32,000 bases of DNA from Patescibacteria group bacterium (GTDB lineage: Bacteria > Patescibacteriota > UBA1384 > XYA2-FULL-43-10): the NCBI GenBank assembly GCA_041674405.1, contig JBAYVT010000003.1:119990-151989 (forward strand), written 5' to 3'. Position numbers and translations under genes: made by a program. Below, piece after piece: positions 18,179 through 26,297 of the stretch (the stretch's first letter is position 1; each line of letters begins with the position of its first letter). The notes below the pieces were generated by a model. The model did not search any database. It was not told the origin of the DNA and worked only from the letters and a program-made list of their open reading frames with translations.

Positions 18179-19129
18179 CTACATTGCAAGTTTCGCTACA
18201 ATCATATCTATCGCAATCCTTGGTTCGATTTCGCCGGTTTTTATTTCTGAATCAATTTTTTGCAAATACGAATAGACGCCGATTAGTTGGGCAAGTGAAT
18301 ATTTTTTCAGGATCGGCAAAGTTTTCTGCACGACAAAAGGATGCATCTTCGCTTTGCTGGCCAATCCAGCAACCGCCTCTCCTGATTCAATAAAATCTTT
18401 GAGAATAATCATATTCCTATACTGATATACAATCATGGATAAAATCTTGATCTCAGGCTCTCCAATTTTGATTAGGTTGTACAAATGCTGCGGTGCCATT
18501 TTTTGATTTTTTCCGGACAACGCCTCGACAAAATGAAAAACATTGGCATTGTTGTCCATCTCAACAAGTTCCAAAACATCTGCTTCAATAATTTTTTTTC
18601 TGCCCTGCGATTTTGCATACAAAATCAATTTTTGAAGTTCGTTCTCTAAGCGATTAAGGTCAGCAGAAAGGCCAGATGACAATAGCCTGACTGCCTGAAA
18701 ATCAATTTCCATACCGGATTTCTTGATATTTTCGAGAATAAATTTATCAATATCAGAGCCAACAAGTGGCGCAAAGTTTTCCGCATCAGCTGATAATTTC
18801 TTGAAAAGGCTGACCCTTTTGTCTGGGTCGCCAGATTCAAAAAATATAATGTCGACTTGATCCGAAATTTTCCCAATGCGATCAGCAATTTTAGATTTCA
18901 AATCGCTATCCTTATTTTTCGTAAGAAAATTCGTGATGATAACCAATCTTTTTTCAGCCAAAAACGGCATCGTCGAAATTGCACGATCGAAATCTCCATA
19001 TGCCATTTCGGCACCATCAATTTGTTCCAAATTCATTTTGTTTGGATCAGAAACCAAAAATTCGGCGAGTATCTCGCTTAATTTTTTCTTTGACCGATAA
19101 GTATCTTGTCCGTAAATTAGCTTTATCAT
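18179..19129 (-). CDS. holA: DNA polymerase III delta subunit
   Basis: IKLIYGQDTYRSKKKLSEI...ISTMPFLAEKRLVII...DLNRLENELQKLILYA...VFHFVEALSGKN, overall HolA architecture and length. Confidence 0.88.
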   Translation of the reverse strand: MIKLIYGQDTYRSKKKLSEILAEFLVSDPNKMNLEQIDGAEMAYGDFDRAISTMPFLAEKRLVIITNFLTKNKDSDLKSKIADRIGKISDQVDIIFFESGDPDKRVSLFKKLSADAENFAPLVGSDIDKFILENIKKSGMEIDFQAVRLLSSGLSADLNRLENELQKLILYAKSQGRKKIIEADVLELVEMDNNANVFHFVEALSGKNQKMAPQHLYNLIKIGEPEIKILSMIVYQYRNMIILKDFIESGEAVAGLASKAKMHPFVVQKTLPILKKYSLAQLIGVYSYLQKIDSEIKTGEIEPRIAIDMIVAKLAM

Positions 19130-19130
19130 T

Positions 19131-19159
19131 TTGAAAAATTTCTAATTTTGTGATATAAA
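19131..19159 (+). promoter_or_regulatory. Putative sigma70-type promoter
   Basis: TTGAAA, 17 nt, TATAAA. Confidence 0.5.
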
Positions 19160-19190
19160 ATTTGCATACGTCCACTAAGGGGTGAATGGC

Positions 19191-19511
19191 TTGCAGATCG
19201 CAACAGGAATCAACGTCTTCGCTGGTGCACTCGTCTCCCTTGCCGGAGTCCAGATTGACTCCTTGATGCCCAACTTCGCTGCCGAACCCGAGTTCGTTCG
19301 CCTCATTGCCGAGAAGTTCGATATTGACCGTCTCAGCACGATGGACGTACAACTGCCGTCCAAGCCAACCTGGCTAGACGTCCGGAAGGTCCTAAGATCC
19401 ACGGCCTTGGCCTGCCTCATCAACAAGGACGCAGATGTTCGCCCATACTATGGCGACCGGATTCATTGTCCCGAAGGGGTTGACCCTTCGGACATCTACT
19501 TCTACGTATAG
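19191..19511 (+). CDS. Hypothetical protein
   Basis: TTG start (19191) downstream of AAGGGGTGA; the track's GTG at 19182 lies inside that Shine-Dalgarno. Own promoter and terminator. Confidence 0.6.
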   Translation: MQIATGINVFAGALVSLAGVQIDSLMPNFAAEPEFVRLIAEKFDIDRLSTMDVQLPSKPTWLDVRKVLRSTALACLINKDADVRPYYGDRIHCPEGVDPSDIYFYV

Positions 19512-19538
19512 CCCCCATCGGGGCCAACGACCATTCGC

Positions 19539-19577
19539 CCGCTCCTGCAGCTTTTTCGCAGGGGCGGTTGCGTTTTT
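19539..19577 (+). terminator. Terminator for the 19191 ORF
   Basis: CCGCTCCTGC ... GCAGGGGCGG followed by TTGCGTTTTT. Confidence 0.8.
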
Positions 19578-19649
19578 ATAAATATTTAAAGTTTTGTTTT
19601 TGATATTTTTTATTTTGTTTGAAATTTGAAATTTGGATTTTGACATTTA

Positions 19650-20906
19650 CTACTTGCACTCCGCCCAACTGGCGCCCACCCCGGTCTCAACTTCTATCGG
19701 CACACAAAGGAAAATCGCGCTTTCCATCTCACGCTTCACTATTTTTTCGATCTCGGCCACATCTTTCTCTGCCGTCTCGATAACCAATTCATCATGAACA
19801 GTAAGAAGCATTTTGGCATCGGGGAATTTTTTTGCCAATACATTGTGCAAGTTTACCATCGATAATTTTAGGATCTCGGCCGCCGTTCCTTGGACCGGCG
19901 AATTGATGGCGATCCGCTCCTCCGCCTCCGAAATGTAGCGGTTTGGCGAATTGATATTTTGCAAATAGCGCTTGAAACCAAAAAGCGTCTCGACATAGCC
20001 TTGGTCTCGCGCTGTATCGATCATGCGGTTGCAATAATTCTTGATGCCCGAGTGGATCGAAAAGTAGCGCTCGATATATTTGGCCGCTTCTTCTTGTGGG
20101 ATGGATAGCGCTTGCGAGAGTCCATACGGGCTCATGCCATAGAGAATCCCAAAGTTTACGACTTTTGCGAGCCGTCTCTCGGCATGCGTAATTTTATCTA
20201 TCGGTAAAGCGAATATCTCCGACGCCGTTCTAGCGTGAATATCTTCTCCCGATTTAAACGCCGCCATCATCGTCTGGTCCTGCGCAAGGCAAGCAACTAC
20301 TCGAAGTTCAATTTGAGAATAGTCAGCCGAAATCAGTTTATTTCCTTTTTCCGCCACAAATGCCGCGCGTATTTCTGTCCCGTATTCGCCCTTGATCGGG
20401 ATATTTTGCAGGTTCGGTTCGGTCGAATTTATCCTGCCGGTCGAAGTTTCCATACCGTAATTTGTATGCAACCTTGAATTTTCATCAACAAGTGTTGGTA
20501 GTGGCTTCAAATAGGTCGAAATCAGCTTTGTTACCTCACGAAACTCAAGAATCGGCTTGATAATTTTGCTTTTGTCTTCAATTTTGGCGAGTTCCGATGC
20601 CGCCGTCGAGAATCCGCTCTGTGTCCGTTTGAGCCCCTCCGTCGAAAGTTTCATTTTCTCAAACAATATCTCCGCCATTTGCGATGGTGATGCAATATTG
20701 AATTTCTCGCCAGCAATCTTGTAAATTTCGCTCTCCAGTTTCCCAGCCTTCTTAGTCAGTTTTTTGCACAGCTTATCGATCGCAAGAACATCAAGTTTAA
20801 TCCCATTTTTCTCCATTTCACGCAAAACCGGCCTAACTTTCTCGTTAATTTCTTCTGATGTTATTTTGGGCAGTTTAACACCCTTTTCACTCAAATGTTT
20901 CCACAT
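19650..20906 (-). CDS. polA: DNA polymerase I, polymerase domain (family A), separate ORF as read
   Basis: FNIASPSQMAEILFEK, TGRINSTEPNLQNIPI, SADYSQIELRVVA, RRLAKVVNFGILYGMSPYGLS and LLTVHDELVIE motifs. No Shine-Dalgarno upstream of the ATG. Confidence 0.95.
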   Translation of the reverse strand: MWKHLSEKGVKLPKITSEEINEKVRPVLREMEKNGIKLDVLAIDKLCKKLTKKAGKLESEIYKIAGEKFNIASPSQMAEILFEKMKLSTEGLKRTQSGFSTAASELAKIEDKSKIIKPILEFREVTKLISTYLKPLPTLVDENSRLHTNYGMETSTGRINSTEPNLQNIPIKGEYGTEIRAAFVAEKGNKLISADYSQIELRVVACLAQDQTMMAAFKSGEDIHARTASEIFALPIDKITHAERRLAKVVNFGILYGMSPYGLSQALSIPQEEAAKYIERYFSIHSGIKNYCNRMIDTARDQGYVETLFGFKRYLQNINSPNRYISEAEERIAINSPVQGTAAEILKLSMVNLHNVLAKKFPDAKMLLTVHDELVIETAEKDVAEIEKIVKREMESAIFLCVPIEVETGVGASWAECK

Positions 20907-20915
20907 ATCTGCAAT

Positions 20916-20957
20916 TTTGACTTTATGAACTTTACAAACTTTATGGACTTTATGAAC
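20916..20957 (-). repeat. 9-nt tandem repeat encoding Val-His/Cys-Lys between the polA pieces
   Basis: Minus strand GTTCATAAA GTCCATAAA GTTTGTAAA GTTCATAAA GTC, in frame with the polymerase ORF. Confidence 0.85.
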
Positions 20958-21988
20958 TAGAGCAATTTCAATTGCTCGTCCTTTTTTTTCTGCTCCTCTG
21001 TCGGTTTTCTTCCTTGTTTCGCCTCTGCGACACCGAATCTTGCAAGAAGCGATCGAAATCCAAGCTCTTCGAAGAGAGCCTTGAGCTTGTCCCTATCATA
21101 ATCTCCCCACTTCGCGTCTTCAAGAGAAAAATCGATAGGCACATCCCTGTGAATCGTCGCCAATTTCTGCGAAAGAAAAGCCTGATCTTTATTTGTCAGC
21201 AAAAGTTGGATTATTCTTGGTTTAACTTTAAGCTCTTTCGCGACACTTTCCACCATCTCATTGTTAAATTGTTGCATTGTCAAATTGTTAAGTGAGCAAT
21301 TTAGCAATTTAGCAATTTGACCATATAGGTTGTCCAGTGTATCGAACTTTTGGATTAGTTCCGTCGCTGTTTTCGGCCCAATTCCCGGGACTCCGGGAAT
21401 GTTATCGGACGGATCGCCGGCCAGCGCTTTCAAATCGATGAAATCATGCGGATCAAGATTATATTCCTCATAAATCGTAGCGTGATCGACGATTTCCAAT
21501 TTGTTAAGCCCATGCCGCAAACTATAAACCAAGACATTCCCATTTATAAGCTGATAAATGTCTTTATCGCCCGAGACAATATAAATCTGGATATTTTTAT
21601 CATCTTTAAGTCGCTCGACAATAGTGCCGACGACATCGTCCGCTTCGAATCCCTCTTTTTCATAGATTGGAATATTCATCGTTTTCACGATCTCTTTTAC
21701 TCGCGGAATCTGATCGTAGAGTTCCTGATCAGCCTTCACCCTCGTCGCTTTATAGTCTGAATACGCTTCGTGACGGAAAGTCGGTCCGGCAAGATCAAAA
21801 GAGCACGCGATATGCTCCGGTTTCAAATCCTCAAGTACCTTGATCAGCGTGGTCGTGAAGCCATACACCGCATTGGTAAGTTCGCCTCGCGAATTTGACA
21901 TATTCGGCGGAAGCGCATGATACGCCCGATGAATGATTGCGTTGCCATCTATCAAAACAAGTTTTTCCATATGCCCATAATAGCACAT
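20957..21988 (-). CDS. polA: DNA polymerase I 5'-3' exonuclease domain, separate ORF as read
   Basis: LVLIDGNAIIHRAYHALP, EADDVVGTI, SGDKDIYQL, LAGDPSDNIPGVPGIGPKTA, ending LFEELGFRSLLARFG plus a polar tail. Actual start is probably MEKLVLI (21970). Confidence 0.95.
   Translation of the reverse strand: MCYYGHMEKLVLIDGNAIIHRAYHALPPNMSNSRGELTNAVYGFTTTLIKVLEDLKPEHIACSFDLAGPTFRHEAYSDYKATRVKADQELYDQIPRVKEIVKTMNIPIYEKEGFEADDVVGTIVERLKDDKNIQIYIVSGDKDIYQLINGNVLVYSLRHGLNKLEIVDHATIYEEYNLDPHDFIDLKALAGDPSDNIPGVPGIGPKTATELIQKFDTLDNLYGQIAKLLNCSLNNLTMQQFNNEMVESVAKELKVKPRIIQLLLTNKDQAFLSQKLATIHRDVPIDFSLEDAKWGDYDRDKLKALFEELGFRSLLARFGVAEAKQGRKPTEEQKKKDEQLKLL
20960..20989 (-). promoter_or_regulatory. Candidate programmed -1 frameshift signal in polA
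   Basis: Minus strand CAG AAA AAA AAG GAC then GAGCAAT-TGAA-ATTGCTC then TAG: A_AAA_AAG heptamer, 3-nt spacer, 7-bp stem, stop codon immediately after the hairpin. Confidence 0.5.
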
Positions 21989-22015
21989 AAATAGTAAATT
22001 TGAATGTAATTTTAG

Positions 22016-22043
22016 TTGAAAAACTGCCTATATTATGTATAAT
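22016..22043 (+). promoter_or_regulatory. Putative sigma70-type promoter
   Basis: TTGAAA, 16 nt, TATAAT. Confidence 0.55.
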
Positions 22044-22084
22044 GTCTTTTGTTCGCCACGATACTACGAAAGGGGCTGTTTTTC

Positions 22085-22720
22085 TTGAGATCATTCGGTT
22101 GCATGACGCCAATAGCCGTAATAGCCATAAGCTGTGCTGGAGTGATGACTCTCATGCAGGGGGCAAGAACGCACCAGCTCACCCTGATCCTGATGGGCAT
22201 TGCCGCGCTAGTAATGGCGAGATACCTAATCGCGATCGCCAACTACGGCAAACCCAAGATCTGCCGGCCAGGTGACTTTCCCAAGAAGTGCGAAGCTTTC
22301 GAGCAGATGCTCGAAAGAAAGTACGGCCAGCCAACCCCAAGAAAACCTCAGTATCTGAGGCCAACCCTTGAGGGATTCGGCATTACTAAGCTGTCCGTGC
22401 TTACGAGCTGTGCATTCCCCGATGGCGAAGGCCAGTCTTTTTGCCGAAGGGAAGCTCTGCTACCATCTGGCGAAGAAATCTGCCAGTTCCTGGACCAGAT
22501 GCTGAAATCCAAGGAGAATTGCGCAGTTGGCGACGAAGAAACCCGCTGCCAGCCGAATATCGAGATCATGGTCTATGGTGACATGGACCTGCACGCATTC
22601 CACGTTTGCGCTGCATTCTCGTATATGTCGAATGGCAATATAGTGCAAAATGTTGAGAGGCACTTCTACGGGGAACAACTATTCAAGATGATGCGAGGCT
22701 TCAACAGGAAGGCCTTCTAA
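22085..22720 (+). CDS. Hypothetical protein with N-terminal TM hairpin
   Basis: Likely TTG start at 22085 after AAAGGGG; hydrophobic segments PIAVIAISCAGVMTLM and LTLILMGIAALVMARYLI; downstream hairpin. Confidence 0.6.
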   Translation: MRSFGCMTPIAVIAISCAGVMTLMQGARTHQLTLILMGIAALVMARYLIAIANYGKPKICRPGDFPKKCEAFEQMLERKYGQPTPRKPQYLRPTLEGFGITKLSVLTSCAFPDGEGQSFCRREALLPSGEEICQFLDQMLKSKENCAVGDEETRCQPNIEIMVYGDMDLHAFHVCAAFSYMSNGNIVQNVERHFYGEQLFKMMRGFNRKAF

Positions 22721-22770
22721 GGTCTGCCTCGCTACCCACAACCCAACGTTGCTCGCCACGGGCACCGCCG

Positions 22771-22797
22771 ATCCCTCATCCACCTCGGGTGAGGGAT
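22771..22797 (+). terminator. Hairpin after the 22085 ORF
   Basis: ATCCCTCA ... TGAGGGAT, 8-bp stem, weak T-tract. Confidence 0.5.
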
Positions 22798-22887
22798 TGA
22801 CATTTATGGCCAGATGTGGTAGTATGCAGCCACGTTGTTCGCCAACTATACCGTTCGCCACAGAACGGCGAACAAGGAGGAGTCTGT

Positions 22888-23214
22888 ATGATTCAGACGT
22901 TGAATCTGACTGGCGCGTTGGGCCTCGCCCTTTTCGGAGCGTTGCTCGCGCTCATCGGCTTTCGCTTCGGCGGCGCCAGCGTGATGCGCTGGTTGGCAGC
23001 CGTCGCCATCGCCATCGCCGGCGGATGGTCGGGCTACATCTACGCCGTCGCCATCGAGGCTGACTGGGTCCATGGGGGCTACATGCTCCTGAAATGGACC
23101 GGAGCCTTCGAGCTCGGGATCGCCTGCGCTGGGGTACTGCTCTTCGGGGTAGGATCGCTGTTCCTTTGCGGTCCCAGCTTCCGGCGGAAGCAGACTGCCA
23201 GCGACGACACGTAG
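22888..23214 (+). CDS. Small hypothetical membrane protein (about three TM segments)
   Basis: MIQTLNLTGALGLALFGALLALIGFRFGG...; ATG preceded by AAGGAGGAGTCTGT. Confidence 0.7.
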   Translation: MIQTLNLTGALGLALFGALLALIGFRFGGASVMRWLAAVAIAIAGGWSGYIYAVAIEADWVHGGYMLLKWTGAFELGIACAGVLLFGVGSLFLCGPSFRRKQTASDDT

Positions 23215-23251
23215 CCGCACAACAACTTCATAGCGACGAGTTTCGCACCGT

Positions 23252-23288
23252 GAGTCCGACCTCCCTGAGGCCGGGCTCCGTTGTTTTT
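23252..23288 (+). terminator. Terminator after the 22888 ORF
   Basis: GAGTCCGACCTC-CCT-GAGGCCGGGCTC followed by CGTTGTTTTTG. Confidence 0.7.
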
Positions 23289-23423
23289 GTGAGTATAATT
23301 TTAAAAATATTTAAATAGTGGCTTCAGCCATACAAGAGCCCGAAACTGCAGGAGCGACGCGACTAAATTTTGGAGTGTCTTGAAGGCTGAGGCAATACAA
23401 TATATGCGTGCAGGAGTAGGGGT

Positions 23424-23470
23424 TTTAGGGGCTAGAGGGCTGCCCCGCAATTAAGCCCTCTGTCCCTAAA
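23424..23470. repeat. Two-part inverted repeat downstream of the DedA-family gene
   Basis: TTTAGGG-GCT-AGAGGGCT ... AGCCCTCT-GT-CCCTAAA. Confidence 0.7.
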
Positions 23471-23480
23471 GAACGGCTGT

Positions 23481-24179
23481 TTAATTTGAACTAGAACTTT
23501 TCTTAAATTTTCTGACCTCTACGATTACCTTCCAAATTATTAGCGCGACGATGAGTAGGAAGAAAAGCCACCGCAAGGTGACAATTTTTATAATCGCACC
23601 GGAGCTGAAGTAACAAACTACACCCCAAAATCCGCACCACAGAACCGTCGCAATAAACGAGTAGACCAAGAACCTTTTAAAAGAATATTTCGTTATCCCG
23701 CAAGTCAGAGATGTGAGAGCGCCAAAGTTTGGATGGCCATACGTGAGCCAAAGCCACTTGTCACCGTGTTTTTCAAGGCTTGTTCTAGTCGACTCAACGC
23801 TATCTTTCAGCCCAAATCGGATAAACGCTTTGTGCAAGCCGTAATATCCGATCCAATAGTTCGCAATGTAAGTGATAATTATTCCCGCCGCAACGGTAAA
23901 AACTACGCCCCAGAGGTTCATCGTCCCCTGCCGACTCATCGCAGCCGCAAGAAGTATTACCGATGAGCCCGGAAAATAAATGTATATTATCGGGATCGAC
24001 TCGATAATGGCAGAAATTAATAAGACTGGGTACCCGTATATTTCGAAATAATGGCGGGCAACACCAACAAGTTCCTGATTTGTGGGTAGCCCTATCACAT
24101 TCCAAACAGCAAAAAGCACGATGATCGATATCAAAAAAATCACTGGAAATGCTAGCGCCTTTGCCATTTTCTTTACCAT
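23481..24179 (-). CDS. DedA/VTT-domain membrane protein
   Basis: YPVLLISAIIESIPIIYIYFPGSSVILLAAAMSRQG, YWIGYYGLHKA, GHPNFGALTSLTCGITKYSFKRFLVYS. Confidence 0.8.
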   Translation of the reverse strand: MVKKMAKALAFPVIFLISIIVLFAVWNVIGLPTNQELVGVARHYFEIYGYPVLLISAIIESIPIIYIYFPGSSVILLAAAMSRQGTMNLWGVVFTVAAGIIITYIANYWIGYYGLHKAFIRFGLKDSVESTRTSLEKHGDKWLWLTYGHPNFGALTSLTCGITKYSFKRFLVYSFIATVLWCGFWGVVCYFSSGAIIKIVTLRWLFFLLIVALIIWKVIVEVRKFKKSSSSN

Positions 24180-24221
24180 AGAACTATTCTAACATTTTCA
24201 ATATTGGTAATAAACGCGGAA

Positions 24222-24243
24222 CGGGCCGAGATTACTCGGTCCG
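24222..24243. terminator. Hairpin downstream of the 24257 ORF
   Basis: CGGGCCGAG-ATTA-CTCGGTCCG. Confidence 0.5.
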
Positions 24244-24256
24244 TCCGGTACTACTT

Positions 24257-24727
24257 TCATGCGGTGGCAGCCGCCTTCGCAGGCTGATCGAACGATCGCT
24301 CGCCAGCCCAGGCATAAGCCGCCGCAACTGCCTTCTCGCATTCCCACTCAGGCTGGTGTGGGCTTAGAGGCACCCCTCCGCGGGCATGGTCTATTCCCGC
24401 AAGCACGTAATCGTCGAGAGTGCTGTAGTGATGCCACTCTGGAGCAGTACCCCATGGGGTCTGCTCAGCGATAATCGCCAATTCAGCCAAGTTCAGTGCG
24501 GTTGCACACGCACAGAATCGCGCATCATCCTGGGCTATCAAAGCAAGATCGCTGCCCAAGAGGATGGATTCGATATCATCGCGAAGCTGTTGTCCCGACT
24601 GAGAGCCGTCGAGATATGAGTTGTAGGTTGCCCCTCCTAGGGCAAACGCAGTTCGGCACTGGTTGTGTGTAAGAAGTGCTTCCCTCTCCGCGGGATCACT
24701 TGGAAACATCCTAAGAGCGCCCTCCAT
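24257..24727 (-). CDS. Hypothetical protein
   Basis: ATG at 24727 preceded by GAGGAGGTGGTCGGC; the track start at 24736 is too early. High GC like the neighbouring NAD genes. Confidence 0.65.
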   Translation of the reverse strand: MEGALRMFPSDPAEREALLTHNQCRTAFALGGATYNSYLDGSQSGQQLRDDIESILLGSDLALIAQDDARFCACATALNLAELAIIAEQTPWGTAPEWHHYSTLDDYVLAGIDHARGGVPLSPHQPEWECEKAVAAAYAWAGERSFDQPAKAAATA

Positions 24728-24804
24728 GCCGACCACCTCCTCGTTGATATCTTGTGGTTAATTAAATAATAGTCCTTGCAACAACAAAGTCAAATAACAA
24801 AAGT

Positions 24805-24833
24805 GGCCGTCCCGATTGCTCGGGACGGCCTTT
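24805..24833. terminator. Hairpin between the NAMPT gene and the 24257 ORF
   Basis: GGCCGTCCCGA-TTGC-TCGGGACGGCC. Confidence 0.8.
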
Positions 24834-24878
24834 AGCTCGTTGCTCTGCTTTACAACAGAGCCTGATATTCATGCGCGG

Positions 24879-26276
24879 CTAGATCGCCGCGCGCTCGCGG
24901 ATGTCCGCGAGAGTCTGGTCGATGAGGACCTCGCCATTCCGGAAGACCGGAATGAGAAGATCCTCGTAGCCCTGCACCGACGCGTCCTCTTGGCGCATCG
25001 TCGCATAGGCGTTGTCCTTATCGCAGACCAGGGCCAGCCGCCCGGCCTTCGAGCGCTTGCCCGGGTCAGTGACTGGGTCCTTCATCACGTCCTGCCAGCC
25101 GCCGTCGATCTGGACCGCGCTGCACTTGAAGGCGAACTTGCAGGTATCGCGGTTCATCTTCTGCAGGAGTCCGCCGCCGGAGCCGAAGGCGATGTTGTCA
25201 GCCGACCAGCCGGCAGCCTTCATCGTCTCGAGGATGGACCCAAGCATCGAGAAGTCGATGCCATCGCCCTGGATCACTCGGACTTTCGGGTTCAGGACTT
25301 TGAAGCCCTTGCCATTGACCTCGTAGCCGAAGGCTTCGCCCAGGGCTTCGAGGACATGCGGTACCACCAGGGTGGGGTTGCCGCTGTCCGGCCGGACGAC
25401 CAGGGTACCATCGCGCGAAAGGACCTCGCTCCGAAGCTGCTCGCCCCAGAGGCGGCTGCAGGCTTCGTAGATGTTGTAGCTGTCGGATACCACCGCCACC
25501 AGGCCGGAGGGGAAGGCGCGAAGCATATTGGCATAAGCCGCAACCTCGTTCTCCCGCCCCCACGAAGTGATGGTCGAGTGTTCCGCCGCCGGGATAGAGA
25601 ACCCTGCCATGCGCTCGCAGTAGTACTTGCGTGCCACGCGCAGCGCCTGCATCGTGTCGGTGCCCTGGAAGTTGACCAGATGGGCACAGCCTCCGATGCC
25701 CGCGGACTCGACCGTGGTCGAACCACGGAAGCCGAAGTCATGGAGCTTGAAGTTGATCCCGGCGGGGTCGCCGGTCTCCGTGAGATACCGGAGGATGATC
25801 CGCTTCATCTCGCGGCTCTGCGTCGCTACCGTGCACGGGTACCAGACCTGGCAGAGCAGCGTTTCAAGGTAGTTGGTCAGCCACGGAAGCTCGAGGTCGG
25901 TGTTCACCACCGTCATCATCACGTTGTGAGTTGGCACCGGCGTCCCCTCCGGAATAGCCCGGATCTCGACAGGCAGACACCCGCCGTGGACGTTGACGAT
26001 CCGCTCCCAGCCGGCTTGGTTGAACAGGCTTGTGTTGCCGAAGTGGAGCGCGAACTCCTCGCGCATCTCCTCGATGTCCTCGGCCGATACGACTGGGCCC
26101 GCGAGATAGCGCTTTGCGATGTACTGGAGGCCGAAGAAGACGACCTCCGGGAACTCGCCGCCTCGGCTCTCGTAGAAGGAGTAGACCCTCTGCGTCTGAG
26201 GCGGGTACTGCCGGAAGTGCGTCACCTTGTATGAATCCGTCGCTTCGATTAGGTTGAACTCTTTCATCATTCTCAT
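24879..26276 (-). CDS. nadV: Nicotinamide phosphoribosyltransferase (NAMPT/NadV family)
   Basis: LIEATDSYKVTHFRQYPP, FYESRGG, FKLHDFGFRGSTTVESAGIGGCAHLVNFQGTDTM, IPAAEHSTITSWG, VSDSYNIY, VVRPDSGNP, IQGDGID, AFGSGGGLLQKMNRDTCKFAFK. Confidence 0.95.
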   Translation of the reverse strand: MRMMKEFNLIEATDSYKVTHFRQYPPQTQRVYSFYESRGGEFPEVVFFGLQYIAKRYLAGPVVSAEDIEEMREEFALHFGNTSLFNQAGWERIVNVHGGCLPVEIRAIPEGTPVPTHNVMMTVVNTDLELPWLTNYLETLLCQVWYPCTVATQSREMKRIILRYLTETGDPAGINFKLHDFGFRGSTTVESAGIGGCAHLVNFQGTDTMQALRVARKYYCERMAGFSIPAAEHSTITSWGRENEVAAYANMLRAFPSGLVAVVSDSYNIYEACSRLWGEQLRSEVLSRDGTLVVRPDSGNPTLVVPHVLEALGEAFGYEVNGKGFKVLNPKVRVIQGDGIDFSMLGSILETMKAAGWSADNIAFGSGGGLLQKMNRDTCKFAFKCSAVQIDGGWQDVMKDPVTDPGKRSKAGRLALVCDKDNAYATMRQEDASVQGYEDLLIPVFRNGEVLIDQTLADIRERAAI

Positions 26277-26297
26277 CCTTTCGTCTCTGTTTCAAAT

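Noticed and set aside
24816-26234. 472-aa plus-strand ORF
   Set aside because: Exactly antisense to the well-supported nicotinamide phosphoribosyltransferase gene; long antisense ORFs are expected in GC-rich coding DNA, and the protein looks like a shadow frame.
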